Positions 40,897 through 57,300 of a DNA stretch of 64,000 nucleotides are shown piece by piece. The translations under genes and the position numbers were made by a program. The DNA is taken from positions 452,570 to 516,569 of the forward strand of contig JAWQFM010000003.1 in NCBI GenBank assembly GCA_033442325.1, written 5' to 3'. The notes beneath the pieces were generated by a model that was not told where the DNA came from, did no database searches, and worked only from the letters and a program-made list of their open reading frames with translations. Origin of the DNA: Salpingoeca rosetta. Taxonomy: Eukaryota; Protista; Choanoflagellata. Within the stretch, counting starts at the first letter, position 1. Each line of letters begins with the position of its first letter.

Positions 40897-41164
40897 CATT
40901 GGCACACAGCAGCGGTCAACATAGTCCTGGCATATGGCAAAACACCAGAAGACAACACCATTGGCATTTGCCCTGTGCAGCTCCGAAGCCGTGCGTTCTT
41001 TGTTCAGTCTATGGCAGGACACACATGTGCTCACACGCTTTCGGCCCCAAATCACGTCTCGCGCATTCACTTGTGCCTCTCAAAAAGCAATGTTCACCGC
41101 AGCATACCTGCTCCTTGGCCAGTCGGTAGTACACGTCCCGGCGGTCCTTTGAGCTCCGCCCCAT
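38250..41164 (-). CDS. FTSJ1: tRNA C32/G34 2'-O-methyltransferase TRM7; middle exons fall in the N-gap
   Basis: [19 protein letters not shown]|[14 protein letters not shown]...[15 protein letters not shown]...[11 protein letters not shown]...[22 protein letters not shown]...PGGTFVAK. A probable last exon ACEMKR...NVVSL* lies left of the gap. Confidence 0.93.
38589..39517. other. Assembly gap (N run)
   Basis: Run of N. Confidence 1.
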
Positions 41165-41359
41165 CTTCCCTGTTGTCCTTGTTGTGTAGAACTAAGTGGT
41201 GCTGTGCTGCGGTGTGCTTTCACGCAAAAGAGTCTGATGCTGCAGGTGAGCACGTTCCGCCACAATGCTTATGAAAGTGTTTCACCATTTTTCTACATCC
41301 ATACTCAAACACACACACTCCCTCAAGCACACACACATCACAGATCACAAACATACTCC

Positions 41360-42364
41360 ATGACACTGCTGGCAACGCTGTTGTTTGTGGCGCTGCTGTG
41401 TGCGCCGGCAGCGTCGGATGCGCCGGCAGCGACGCTGGAGGAGCAAGCCGCAGATTTCAATTGCGACAGGGCAACATCGCGTCGCGTTCGCGGCGTGCTG
41501 ACCCAGTCCATCCTGCCGCTGCTGGGAGCACGAGGGCTGCACCTATCTTCCCCAGCCAAGCATAACAACGACAGTCGTGCGGAGCCAGGTTCCGCACTCA
41601 CACCGAGTTGCCCGCTGGACCCTACGCGGGACGTGTACGCCCGTCAGGATGAGCATCGCGACATGGAAGGGACCACCAAGCTGACGTGCCTGTATTGCGG
41701 CAAATCCTTCCGCGGCGAGCCGTTCTTGGACCTCCACATGCACAACCGCCACGCAGGCGAGCTCCTGGTGCCGGATACCGGACCCCTGTGCCTGGCCGAT
41801 TACTGTGACGCCACCATGTGTGAGACGCAGCTGGAGTATCGCCAGTTTGCGCGCCTGTTCTCTCCCGAGCACGGCGGCAAGTGCGACCCTGACGCCATGA
41901 GCCGGCGCAAAGAGAGTTGCGAGCGGCTGCTGCGAGGTGCGTGTTTGTTCGACGCACACGGGGACAACGGTGGCGCAAGCGGCGGTGCTCAAGGGCAGGA
42001 TGGATCCACTGTGGGCGTTGGTGATGGCGCAGTTGCAGACGTAATCGCACGCGTGTGTGGGCGCGCATCGTGCGAGTACATCGACTATCTGCTGGAGCGG
42101 GACGCCCCGTTGTCTGCGTTTCGGGCGCTGTACATCCTGTCGTCGCTGTGTCTCCTGGTCGGCGTGCTCCTGTTCTATTGCCAGACGTGCATCGCCGACC
42201 TTGACCGCGACGAAGACGGCTTTTCCACGTACCCTTCCTCACGTGAATCGCGACGCGGACAGGGAGCAAGTGGCACGGACATCAACTACACAGACCGGGT
42301 GGCGGGCTGGCTGCGAGCCACCAGCCTTGTTCGGGTTCGCAGGCCCACCATCAACACGGTGTAG
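41360..42364 (+). CDS. Single-exon type I membrane protein with a Cys-rich ectodomain containing a C2H2 zinc-finger motif
   Basis: Signal peptide MTLLATLLFVALLCAPAAS; CPLDPTRDVYARQD; CLYCGKSFRGEPFLDLHMHNRH; CLADYCDATMC; TM helix ALYILSSLCLLVGVLLFY. Confidence 0.8.
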   Translation: MTLLATLLFVALLCAPAASDAPAATLEEQAADFNCDRATSRRVRGVLTQSILPLLGARGLHLSSPAKHNNDSRAEPGSALTPSCPLDPTRDVYARQDEHRDMEGTTKLTCLYCGKSFRGEPFLDLHMHNRHAGELLVPDTGPLCLADYCDATMCETQLEYRQFARLFSPEHGGKCDPDAMSRRKESCERLLRGACLFDAHGDNGGASGGAQGQDGSTVGVGDGAVADVIARVCGRASCEYIDYLLERDAPLSAFRALYILSSLCLLVGVLLFYCQTCIADLDRDEDGFSTYPSSRESRRGQGASGTDINYTDRVAGWLRATSLVRVRRPTINTV

Positions 42365-42916
42365 CAAGCGAGTCCCTTGCTTGCTTGCTTTGGTAGACGC
42401 ACTTGTGTCGTGTTGTGTGCTTTGTGTGTGTGTGTGTGTGTGTGCTTGTGTGTGTGTGTGTGTGTGTGTGTTGTGTTGTGTGTTGTGTGTTGTGTGTTGT
42501 GTGTTGTGTTGTGTGTTGTGTGTTGTGTGTTGTGTTGTGTTGTGTTGTGTGTGTGTGCAGGTGCAAGTAGCACAGGAAGCATGTGCCACACGGTTCACCA
42601 CACGCTCTAGTTGATGGAGACATGCCGATTTTTTTAATAACAACAGTACTTGATGTCCTGACCACGCGCACACGTGTGCGGCAACCCACATGTCCGCACG
42701 ACACATGCTGTGCTATGGTGTGCTTGCTTGCTGGCGCCATGATGCACGTAAGTGCTGCTGTGGGGTTCTCGCAGAAGCGCACCCTCACCACCCTGACGAC
42801 TCTGTGCAATTCTAGTAAACATTCATTTATCCGAGCCTGATTTTAGGGAGCTGATAATTTTTTGGGCGTGTGGCTGGTCAAAAAATCTTCGACTTGTGCC
42901 GCTGCCACCTTCCGTG

Positions 42917-42930
42917 CCTTTTTCTCCTTC
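42917..42930 (+). promoter_or_regulatory. Oligopyrimidine (TOP/TCT-like) tract ahead of RPS24
   Basis: CCTTTTTCTCCTTC about 35-50 bp upstream of the ATG of a ribosomal protein gene. Confidence 0.5.
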
Positions 42931-42965
42931 GCACGCGAGCACCCATCCCCCTGAAGACCGCAGCC

Positions 42966-44767
42966 ATGGTGCGTGATGTGTGTGTGTGTGTGTGTGTGTG
43001 TGCTTGCTGCATGCTGCTGCCCATGGGCTGAGTGTTGTTTGCTGATGGGTGCGCAGATGCCACCCACGAGGCAGACTTGGGGGAGGTGGGGGTGTACGTT
43101 CGTGGGGCTTGGAGTGAAGCAGTTGGGAAGGAGGAAATGGAGAGTCCTGAATGCCGCAAGCACGCACCAGCACACATCGTGAAGAGCAGCCCTGGCGCTG
43201 GGGACGTGCATACGTGATGTGTGTGTGTATGTGTGTGTGTGATGTGTGTTGTGAAGGACGGTGATGAGAATGCGAGCACCACGCGCCAACACCACCACCA
43301 GGCCACCACGCGCCAACACCACCACCAGGCCACCACGCGCCAGCAGCACGTCCCAGCAGCAGCAGCAGCAGCAGCCACCAGATGATGATGAAGAAGACAG
43401 AGCGAACACACACAAGGCGTTGCTGATGCGGGCTGGGAGATGCGATGTGCAGTGTCGCATCACCACCACTTTCAAGCTTCACCACCACTTTCAAGTTGCC
43501 ACAGCACACCCCCCATGAGCCACTCACTGTGTTGTACTGTTCTGTTTGTATGGCTGTCAATTTGCTTTGCGTTGTTGTCAGGCCGAGACAGCCACCGTTC
43601 GCACCCGCAAGTTCCTCACGAACCGACTCCTCAGCCGTCGCCAGATGGTGCGTGAGCGCGCGCGTGTGCGTCTTTGTGGCCCTGGTGCACGGGTATCCCT
43701 CACCACAACGTGCTTATGTGTGTGTGTGTGTGTGAGTGCACGTGCCATGGGACGCTGGAAGACAGGATAGGATGTATTGCCCGTGTTTTGTTTTGATGGC
43801 TGTTTGTCGTGCACAATGCGCACACTGTACATCCCACACACGTCACCCGAACACATGCACGCGTCTTATCGCTCGCCCTCACACACACACACACATGAAC
43901 GCGCACGCATGTCATGATTGGTTTAGGTTGTGGACGTCATCCACCCTGGTCTCCCCAACGTCTCCAAGGATCAGCTCCGTGAGAAGCTCGCCAAGATGTA
44001 CAAAACGACCCCCGAGACGGTCTTCTGCTTTGGCTTCCGCACCCAGTTCGGTGGCGGCAAGGTGAGACCCGCGTTTGTGCTGTTTGTTTGCTTTTTTTTT
44101 TGTGTGTGTGTGTGTGTGTGTGTTTCTGTGACGGCTCGCTGCGGCCGCGTGACAAGTCTCACGTCTTCTGTCAACTGTGTGTTGTGGTGAGGCGGCATGG
44201 GGAAGTGATGTGATCAGCTGGCCTTCAACCACGTTCCCGCGCGACACCACAACCGCTTAACTTTATGCCCTTTCCCCCTCCCTCTCCCTTCTCTCTTGCT
44301 CACGACTGTTTCCTCTCCCTTTCCTCGTATCACACAGAGCACCGGCTTCGCCCTGATCTACGACAACGTCGAGGCTGCCAAGCAGTACGAGCCCCGTCAC
44401 AGGCTTGTGCGCGCCGGTCTTAAGGATGCCAAGACTGGTTCCCGCAAACAGAAGAAGGAGCGCAAGAACAGGTTCGCATGGCCTGCCACTGCTTCTGTGC
44501 TCCTTGAAAGGAGTATTGGCTGTCTTAGTGCTGTGGTTGGTTGGTTCGTGGTCATGTTTGATGTTATGTGAGTTGTTGAGGTTGTTGGCGGCGTTGCTGG
44601 TGTTGCTGCTGTGTGGAGCTGGACCTCAACCGTACAGATGGGGCTCCTTTCGTTTCTGCTGCTCACCCGTGCTTACCACTTTGTGGTTCTTTGCTTTTTT
44701 TCGTGTCTGATGCAGGTTGAAGAAGTACAGGGCAAAGGAGATGGTCAAGCAGCGCGGTGGCAAGTAA
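42966..44767 (+). CDS. RPS24: 40S ribosomal protein S24 (eS24), 5 exons
   Basis: M|[22 protein letters not shown]|[26 protein letters not shown]...[11 protein letters not shown]|[10 protein letters not shown]...EPRHRLVR...[10 protein letters not shown]|[16 protein letters not shown]. Confidence 0.97.
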
Positions 44768-45073
44768 ACGTGCTCTCATGCTCGTTGTTTCAACCCGCTC
44801 TTCTCTCTCCCTCTCCTTGCTGCTCTTGCTTGGTGTGAATTAAACGACAAGCAAGTCCGTCCCGTCCATCTCAGTGCAGCCGTTGGTGATGCGTGACGTG
44901 ATGAAACCGTGTTCTACGCTAGTGGAGAGCCATCGGGTGTTGTGTTGCTCGATAACGATGCGCGTTCGTGGCAGTTACAAGCGTATGTACTGTTTGGGAT
45001 CAACAGCGGGATTGTGGAGAGAGGATCAAAGGACGAAGAGCGACGCGCGCGAGGGGGGAGAGGAGAGAAGCTG

Positions 45074-45109
<36 letters not shown>

Positions 45110-45111
45110 GC

Positions 45112-45788
45112 TCAGGGGAGGAACTCGCTCTTGGCAGCAGCAGCAGCAGCCTTCTTGAGCTTCATCGCCTGCTTGTTCTTCTTGCGTTGCTCTGCCCTCT
45201 CTCGTCTCTCCGCCTGCTTCTTCCGCCACTCCGGATCGCTCTCAAGCCGCTGCTGCACTTCCCCTTCAATCTTCTCCACGGTGCCAATCATGTCCAGCGT
45301 CTGCGCGTACTTGAGCACCTTGCGCCGCAACTGCGCCGGTGTGTGCTGCTGCTTGTTCAGGTCCAGATCAAGGGACATGGCTTGGAAGTTGGTGCCGTGC
45401 TTCTGCAGGCAGTTTTGGATAAACACAACCTCGCCCCGCGAGCAGTACGCCTGGTATGGCTCGTACGCCGCCGCTTGCTCCTCAAGCTTCTTCACAAGGT
45501 CCATGTTCAGCTCGTCCGGCGAGATCTTTGTCTCGGGCCGTTTCCTGGACACGCGAAACAAGCGGAAGGGACAAGAAGAGAGAGCGGGGAAAGAAAGTGT
45601 GTGTGTGTGTGGGGGGGGGGGAGGAGGCGAGTGTGGAAACAAAACCGATGGCCAGTTGGTGAGCGGGGACGAAGAACAGTAAGGGAGGTAGGGTTATGAA
45701 ACTTCCGAGAAGGATCACATGGCGTGTGCGCCACGATTGTGTTGACAGCAAAACAATAACAACTGAAAGAACCAACGCAACAACAGCT

Positions 45789-45831
<43 letters not shown>

Positions 45832-46157
45832 CACACGCACACCTTGCGTTGAGCTCTGTGTTTGGGTCGTTGACGAGGCCAATCGCGGCCAAGTTGTGCT
45901 TTGTGGATTTGTGCTTGTTCCATACTTTCGCAATCGCCTCGCTGTTGCAGAGCACACAAAAGAAATGGAGCAAACGTGAACAAGGGTCCGATACAAGCGC
46001 AGCACGCATGCGTGTGCCAGACAGCGTTGCAGAACTTCCCTTTCCCGTGCGTCCTAACCAAGCACAAACTCGCTCACACACAAGGAAGCGCAGACGCATG
46101 CGTGCACTCAACACACACACACACACACACAAACACACGCACACACATGCATTCACA

Positions 46158-46196
<39 letters not shown>

Positions 46197-46377
46197 GCAC
46201 ACACATGCATTCACACTCACACACACACACACAAACACACGCACACACATGCATTCACACTCACTTGACAATTTCTCCCTTTTGTCGCTGCTTTTTGCGG
46301 TAGGTTCTCGCTTGTTGCCTCGATTGCTTGCGGTAGTGCCCAGAGCGGAGCTTTCGCTTCTGCCTTGGATTGGCCAT
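45112..46377 (-). CDS. NOP16: Nucleolar protein 16
   Basis: MANPRQKRK...; WNKHKSTKHNLAAIGLVNDPN; KHGTNFQAMSLDLDLNKQQHTPAQLRRK (NOP16 signature); 3 exons. Confidence 0.9.
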
Positions 46378-46723
46378 CCTGCTTGCTGGACGATGCTGTG
46401 TCTAATCACGTCAGGGCGGGAGGGGTTGTGTGCACGTGGTGTTGCTTGGTTGTCTTGCTTGCTGTCTGTTTGTGGAGTCGTGTGTGTGCAATTTTTATGC
46501 TGTCGCGTATGATTTTTGGGCCTGGCTGGGTTTTGCTGGCTGCTGGTCCTTCGCGTGTTGTTGGTGAACAGTGCGCGCGGCGCCCTTTCCCCCTTCCCCA
46601 CTTTTGTTCTCCCCTTGCTGTGCGACGCCCTTGGACTGGTGGCTGTGGCACTTATCGCAGTATCGCGGAGCACGGATCACATCACCCAACGACGACGACA
46701 ACAGCAGCAAGGAAAACGGCACC

Positions 46724-47506
46724 ATGAGGATTGCACGGGTGCTGCTGAGCAGCCTCATGTTTGTGACGGGCCTGATTGTGTCAACGATGCAGTTGGCGGC
46801 GTATGTGCTGCTGCGGCCGATTTCGCTGTCGCTCTTCCGCACTGTCAACGCGCAAATTGCCGTGCTGTTCTGGCTGCAGCTCATCTGGCTCGCCGAGTGG
46901 TGGGCCAAGATCGACATGCAGATCTTTGCCCCCAACCAGGAGGTCGCGCAGGCGCTGGAGCATGAGCACAAGGTCATTCTCGGCAACCACCGCAGCGATG
47001 TCGATTGGCTCTTCGGCTGGGTCATTGCCCAAAAGTTCGGCACCCTCGAGGTTCGCACTTGTGTGTGTGTCTGTCTGTGTCTGTGTGTGTGTGTGTCTGT
47101 CTGTCCATGTGCGATTGCGTGTGTGTGATTGCGGCTTTGTGTGCACGTGTACATGCGTACACACACGTGCGTATGTGCATTATTGTGACTTTGTGTGTGT
47201 GGGTGTATGTTTGTTCGTGTCGATGCATGTTCGTGATTGTGTGCCTCTGTCCCTCCGTCATTCCATCCTTCTGTCCCTGCGTGGCTGTCGTGAGCACTCA
47301 CCTGTTGCTTGCACTGCCACAACGTGCAATGCAAGCACAGGGGTCCAAGTGCTTGATGAAGTCAAGCCTGCTGCGGGTGCCTGGCCTTGGGCTGAGCTGG
47401 TGGTTGTCAGATTTTATCTTTCTCAGCAGAAACTGGGAGAAGGACAAGGATCATCTCAACAAGAGCACGCGTGCATTACAGCACTACCCCGTTCCCCTCT
47501 GCGTAC

Positions 47507-47597
<91 letters not shown>

Positions 47598-49453
47598 TGT
47601 GTGTGTGTGTGTGTGCATCTGCGTCTGTGTGCGTGCGCGTTGATCACACGCGTTGTGGTTGACTTTTGGCTGCTTCAATCACCCCCCCCCCTCGCTCTTA
47701 CACCTCCTTCACATCTCCTACCCATATTCTTCCCCCGCCACGTTCGCCTCTGCCCTTGCGTGTGGCAGTTTATGATCTATGCCGAGGGAACACGCATGAC
47801 GCCAGACAAGCTCAAGGCGTCGCAGGAGTTTTGTCGCGAGCGCGGCCTCCCCGTCTTGAAGGTGCGCGGTTGTCGTTGCCGTGGCTTGCTGCCTCCAACA
47901 GTGTGCCGCTTCTCGTTGCTGGCTCTGATCGCGTGCGAGCTGCCGCGGAGCTGTGCTTGCGTGGCGTTGGGGCTGGTTGATATCATCGTGGGAGATTGGG
48001 AAGCGTGTCGCCACTGTTTGGAACACCCACTCACTCCCCGGACTGCTGCTGGTGGTGGTGGTGGGCTGTTGTGTGCATGTGTGTGCAGAATGTCATGTGC
48101 CCGCGCACCAAAGGCTGGAATCTCGTCATGAAGGAGCTCCGCAATGCCGGTCTGTGGAGTTGTGCAATGGCCGCATGGCTCGCAGCCCGTGGTTCAGTCT
48201 CACATGCACGCATCCCGTGGTTCAGTCTCACATGCACGCATTTTTGACACACAAAACACACACATACGCACACACACACACACTCACACACTCACTCACT
48301 CACTCATCCACACTCACTCTCACTCACTGCATCTACACACAACTCACACGTATTCACACCTGAACACACGCAAACACGTGCGGTGGCAGTGGACAGCGTG
48401 GTGACGCTGACCCTTGAGTTCCCAGACGTGGAGCCAAACCTGTTTACGTTGCTCGCAGGGAAACCGTTCCGCGTGCACGCGTACATGGAGCGCTTCCCCA
48501 TCGACGCCATCCCCAAGGATGCAAAGGCGTCATCGGAATGGTGCATGTCTGCATTTCAACGGATGGACCACGTGCTTGAGCACCACAACAAGACGGGCAC
48601 GTTCCCCGGCATCTCAATCAACCGCCCGCGCAGCACCAAAGCGCTCGTGGTCATGGTTGCCTGGATGGCCCTCATCTACGGATCAATCCGTACGTGTGTG
48701 CGTGTATGTGTGTTTGTTGTGTGTGTATATGCGTGCGTGTGTATGCGTGTGTGTTTGTCGCGTGTGTGTATGTATGTATGCGTGTGCGTATGCGTGCGTG
48801 TGTGTTTGTTGCGTGTATGTATATGTGCGTGTGTGTGTGCGTGAGTGTGTGCGTGTGCGTGTGTACATCCCTGTATGTGCATCCGTGTGTGTGTGATAGT
48901 TGTGACAGCCACAAATGCTGTTCGCGTGAAGCGTCGCACCTGTCCTCCATACCCATCCCTTCACACCTGGAACTCTTACCTTTTTGTGCATGGATGACAG
49001 TGCTGTACATTGCAATGTGTTCGCAGCCGCTGACAGCGGCCATCACAACCGCCGTCATCATCGGCACAGGTCCGTGCCCCCCCCCCCATGCGCGCAGTCG
49101 TGGCTGCCGTTGAGCTGTTTTGCCTTGGTGTAGCTGATGGGTTTGTACGTGCCTGCAGTGTACACCTTTCCAAACTAATTGAAGTCGCCGTTGCCTCTGT
49201 TCTTGCACCCATCGCATCCGCCACATCGCATCCACCACTGACATCAACCAACCGTCCCATTGTCCGCGTCACCGCCCCCAAACGCGAAACCACAACCCCC
49301 CCAACCCCTCTCCCCAAACACTCTTCAACCATTGACTGAGCAGTTGAGGCAATCATTCAAGTTGGCACGTTCCTCACTTCCAAGATGCGCAAGGTCAAGG
49401 CAGCAGCAAAGGCAAAAGCAAAGGCAACACACGCAGCCAAGAAGACAGAATAG
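46724..49453 (+). CDS. 1-acylglycerol-3-phosphate acyltransferase (AGPAT3/AGPAT4-type)
   Basis: Catalytic NHRSDVDW; FIFLSRNWEKD; YAEGTR; PRTKG; C-terminal KKTE* ER-retrieval signal (TAG 49451-49453). Confidence 0.9.
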
Positions 49454-50097
49454 TGTACATGCTGTGTTGTGTCACGTCTGTTTGTACGTTGTCCATGTGT
49501 ACGTGTTGCGTGGTGTGTTCTGACCTTTGCTGTAGCATCTCTTGCATCATGTTATGTTGGCTTGCTTGTGTTTTGCTCCACAAAGTTGTGTTTGTGCGTG
49601 TGTGTGTGTGTGTGCGCGCGCGCGCGCGTGCGTGTGTATGTATGTTCCTGATGGTTCTGGTGTCTATCACATCGTCGCCTTGCGCTGTTGCTGTCTTCCA
49701 CCCCTTTCAAGTCTTTTTTTGCCCCACTTCCCTTGTTGTGTGTGTATCAATTGTAACGAGCACATTCGCATGTTGTGGTTTATGGAGGTGAGATGGTGCG
49801 GAGATGCGTTCGCCGTGAGGGGTGTTGTGACGGGGCAGTCACCTGCCAAACACACTCGTGGCCACACAACAGCAACGACCGCAGGCCAGAGCCCCAACAA
49901 AGGAACAAGCGCGCATGCGCAAACCAGAACAGCATGGGTCAAGAAACAACGCAGCAGCAGGGAAGTGGGGGCACAAACGCACACGGAGTCAGCACGTGGG
50001 CCCACTGGCACAAACACTCAAACACAGCAAAGTTGCGGCAATGACGACGATAACAACGACGACACGGCGACCCCAGCATGCCAGGGGGTGTGCGCGG

Positions 50098-53460
<3,363 letters not shown>

Positions 53461-53699
53461 TGCTGCACGTTTGTTGTTTGTTGCTTGATGGATGGGTGGA
53501 TCTGCATGCACGTTCAGGACACGATCAAAACAATGGTCAGTGATGTTTGTGAGCGATGATGCGATGTGATGTGATGTGATGTGATGTGACAACCAGAGAC
53601 GCTGTGAAGACATTCACGGCACAACACGACCACAACGCAAACAAAGCGACCCGTTTTCTTTGCATCGCAGCTCCTCCCCTCCCCTCTCTCTTCACTTGC

Positions 53700-53700
53700 C

Positions 53701-53738
<38 letters not shown>

Positions 53739-53805
53739 CTTACATTAAACAACAACTTAAACAATAACAACTTAAACAACAACCAACAACACCACCACCA
53801 CCAAC

Positions 53806-53837
<32 letters not shown>

Positions 53838-53853
53838 CTTAAACAACAACAAC
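53700..53853. repeat. Interrupted (AAC)n/(ACC)n repeat
   Basis: AAC runs with TTA interruptions, followed by (CA)n. Confidence 0.9.
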
Positions 53854-53877
53854 GCACACGCACACACACACACATAT

Positions 53878-53940
<63 letters not shown>

Positions 53941-54303
53941 ACGCACCGTGATCGTTGGCGGCTGTTTCAGTTTCGTCGTCAGATACAGGAAGGCGTGGTG
54001 TGTTGTGAAGAATGCTTTGCTTCCCTTTCCAACTCACAAGCGCACAGAGATAGAGAGAGAGGACAGCAAGCAAGCAGCAAGCAACAAGCAAGAACGCAAA
54101 CCAAACGGAACGCAGCCCCAATCAGTACCGCACAAAAACACAAACACTGAAATCAGCTTGTCGTGACAATTCAGCATATCTTAGAGGAAAACGGCAACCT
54201 GTCTCTTCCATCGCGACACGCGACACTCAAAAAAGTGGCAGTACTGCGTATTTTTTTTTTTTGCTCTGCTTCGCCGCTTGCGACGGGCCCAAGCGCACCG
54301 CAC

Positions 54304-54317
54304 CGCTTCTTGGCAAC
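54304..54317. promoter_or_regulatory. Candidate RFX X-box upstream of CFAP44
   Basis: CGCTTCTTGGCAAC (TGGCAAC half-site) about 65 bp upstream of the ATG of an axonemal gene. Confidence 0.5.
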
Positions 54318-54382
54318 AAACAACCAACAACCTCGACAAGGGAGAGAGTGCTTGTGTTGTGAGCAACGACCACCCACCCACG

Positions 54383-57300
54383 ATGGCGGACCAGGTGTGT
54401 GCTTGTGTGCGTGAATGTGTGTGTGTGTGTGTTTGTGTGTGCTTGTGTGTGAATGTGAGTGTGTGAATGTGTGTGAATGTGAGAGTGTGCGTGATGATCA
54501 CCCATCATCCTTCTCTTGGTCTCTGATGGCTTCTGCTACATCTACTTTGTGTGCTTACATGCTCACACGCACATGTGCACACACGCAATGCACACTCAAA
54601 TGTACACTCACGCTCACACATGCACATGCTCGCACATCTGCACACCCTTTACAAAGGACCCGATCACCATCCCAACGGCTGCCATGCCGGATGACGATGA
54701 TGAAGAGGACAACCTGCACGAGGAAGAGGCAACAGCTTCGCCTCCTTCCGCCGCAGATCAGCAACAAGACGACACGCAAGAAGACGAGGTGTGGCGTTCA
54801 TGTATGAGTGTGCTGCTTTTGTACGCGTGCTTGTACCTGCCTGCCCACCTACTCAGCTGTCAATCGCTCACTCTTGCTGTGATTGCCGTCATGGTCCCCT
54901 TACACACACACACACACGCACGCACATTCACGCACATTCACGCACACACACACATACACACACACACACATACTCTCTCTCTCTCTCACTCACACACACA
55001 CACACACACGCACCCACACACACACACACACACACACACTCTCTCTCTCTCTCTTTCTCTTTGTCAAAGGACGACAAGGAAAGCAAGGAAGCGAAAGAGG
55101 CTTCCACAGCGCCCGTGTCGGCTGATGATGCTGAAGCACCGAAGGAAGGTGGTGCCCAAGAAGAAGGCAAAGACACGGAGGATGCTGTGCCTCTCGCTGA
55201 AGACAGCGACACCACCACAACCACCACCGGTGACAACACACGAACCAACCAACCAAAGCAACAACAAGAAGACAAAGATCAGCAGCAGCAGCAGGCTGCG
55301 CCCGCCATGAAGCCACGACCACCTTCGTCTCGACAAGGTGCAGGTTCACGGCCGGGCAGCCATGCCCTGCGGCGAAAACACCGGTCATCCAAGCCCATTG
55401 ATGATGACAACAGCAACAACAGCAAGGTCGATGGGGCTGGCAAGGGCAGCGAGCAGCCTGGAGCCGAAGCTAGTGCTGATGCCACTGACAGTGCGAGCGT
55501 TGACGCTGGCGATACCAGCGGTGAGGCGACACAGCCCGTGCCGGCAGCGGACGAAGGGAAGAAGGAAGAGGATGCTGCTGATCACGATGCCGCGGCCACC
55601 ACAGAGGCGTCGACCGACCAAACCGCGGCTGAGGACACCCCGGATGCCGACGCCCCTGCGACCACAGAACAAGCTGACTCGGGCGAGGCTGCGCCAGAGA
55701 CCGAAGTGGCCGCAGATACCACGGCAGACACAACAGCGCCGGCGCAACAGCAGCAGAGCGACGACGCCACTGACGCCGCCACCAATGCTGACTCCAACAG
55801 TGTGGCAGCCACCGCCACCGAAACGGCAGGCGATTCCACGCCACAAGCTGAGCAACAGCAGCCGGAGCAGCAGGAACCGGGACGCGAAGGCGACGCTGGT
55901 GGCAGCACTGAACATAAGGAGGAACGTGATGCCAAAGCGAGTGGTGTCAAAGATGCAGAGCAGGCGCAGGGCGCTTCAGCAGACACCAAGACTGAGGCTG
56001 AGGCTGAGGCTGGTGGTGGTGATGACGAAGCCACCAAGGACCGCGCAGATGAGGAGGAGAAGAAGGAAGCAGTGGAGGAAAAGGCGGACGAGCAACGCGC
56101 AGACACGGAACAGCAGCAAGAAGACAAACAGCAGGCAGACAAGGAGAAAGGCGCCGCCACAGCCGACAAGGGCAAGGCAGCACAGGGAGGAAAGGGAGGC
56201 AAGGATGAAGCTGCTGAAGAACAGGAAGAGGAGCACATGGATCCCAGCGCGTACTACGACACGGACGGGCAGTCGTGTGCAGCGGCTGCAGGTGACCTGA
56301 CACCTCAAGCCATGGAACTGCACCACAGCTATGGGTATGACGCACACAAGCACGACAACCTGCACACGCTGGACAAGGAGACGGTCATGTTCATCTCGGG
56401 GGCATATGTCGTCTTCCTGAACCTCAAGACCAAGGAGCAGCAGTACATGCGCTCGGCGTCCGGCGGTGCTGTGGCGGCAGTGGCCGTGCACCCGTCGCGC
56501 AAGTTCTTCGCCGTCGCCGACAAGGGCGACAACCCGGCCATCACCGTCTTCTCGTATCCGGACAAGCGCCGGTATCGCGTGCTGCGTGGCGGCGCGCTCA
56601 CGGGGTTTGCGCACCTGTGCTTTGACAACACGGGGGACAAGCTGGCCTCCGTGGCCACGGCACCCGACTACCGGCTCACCGTGTGGGACTGGAAGGAGGA
56701 GAGCATCGTGCTGCGCACCAAGGCGTTCAGCAGCGACGTGTGGCGCGTCACCTTCTCGGCATTCAACCCGGGGCAGCTCACCACCTCCGGGCAGGGCCAC
56801 ATCCGCTTATGGAAGATGGCCAACACCTTCACGGGCCTCAAGCTGCAGGGCCAGATTGGCAAGTTTGGGCGCACCGAGCTGTCGGACATTGCCGGCTACG
56901 TGGAGTTCCCGGACGGCAAGGTGCTCAGCGGCTCCGAGTGGGGCAACCTGCTCCTGTGGGAGGGCGGCTTCATCAAGTGCGAGATTGCGCGGGCGGACGG
57001 CAAGACGTGCCACCAGGGCGCGGTGGAGGCCGTGCTCATCCTCGACGACTCCGGCGACGTCGCCACCGCGGGCGCAGACGGCCACGTGCGCGTGTGGGAC
57101 TTTGAGACGCTGGACGGCGCCGACCGCCCGCACGACTCGCCCTACTTCGCCATGGAGCCCCTGTACGAGCGGCGCCTCGCCCCAGACGCGCACGTGCGCT
57201 CGCTGGCAAAGAGCCTGGAGCTCGGCGAGGAGGACACGGAGACGGTGTACTACGCACAGGACGTGACGGGCCGCATCTGGAAGGTGGACCTGTCCCCGAG

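Noticed and set aside
43351-43438. Possible C/D snoRNA in RPS24 intron 1 (ATGATGA...CTGA)
   Set aside because: The C-to-D distance is only about 45 nt, the C box is part of a GAT repeat, and I recognised no rRNA guide.
44498-44515. 7-bp stem-loop in RPS24 intron 4
   Set aside because: Too short to tell from chance.
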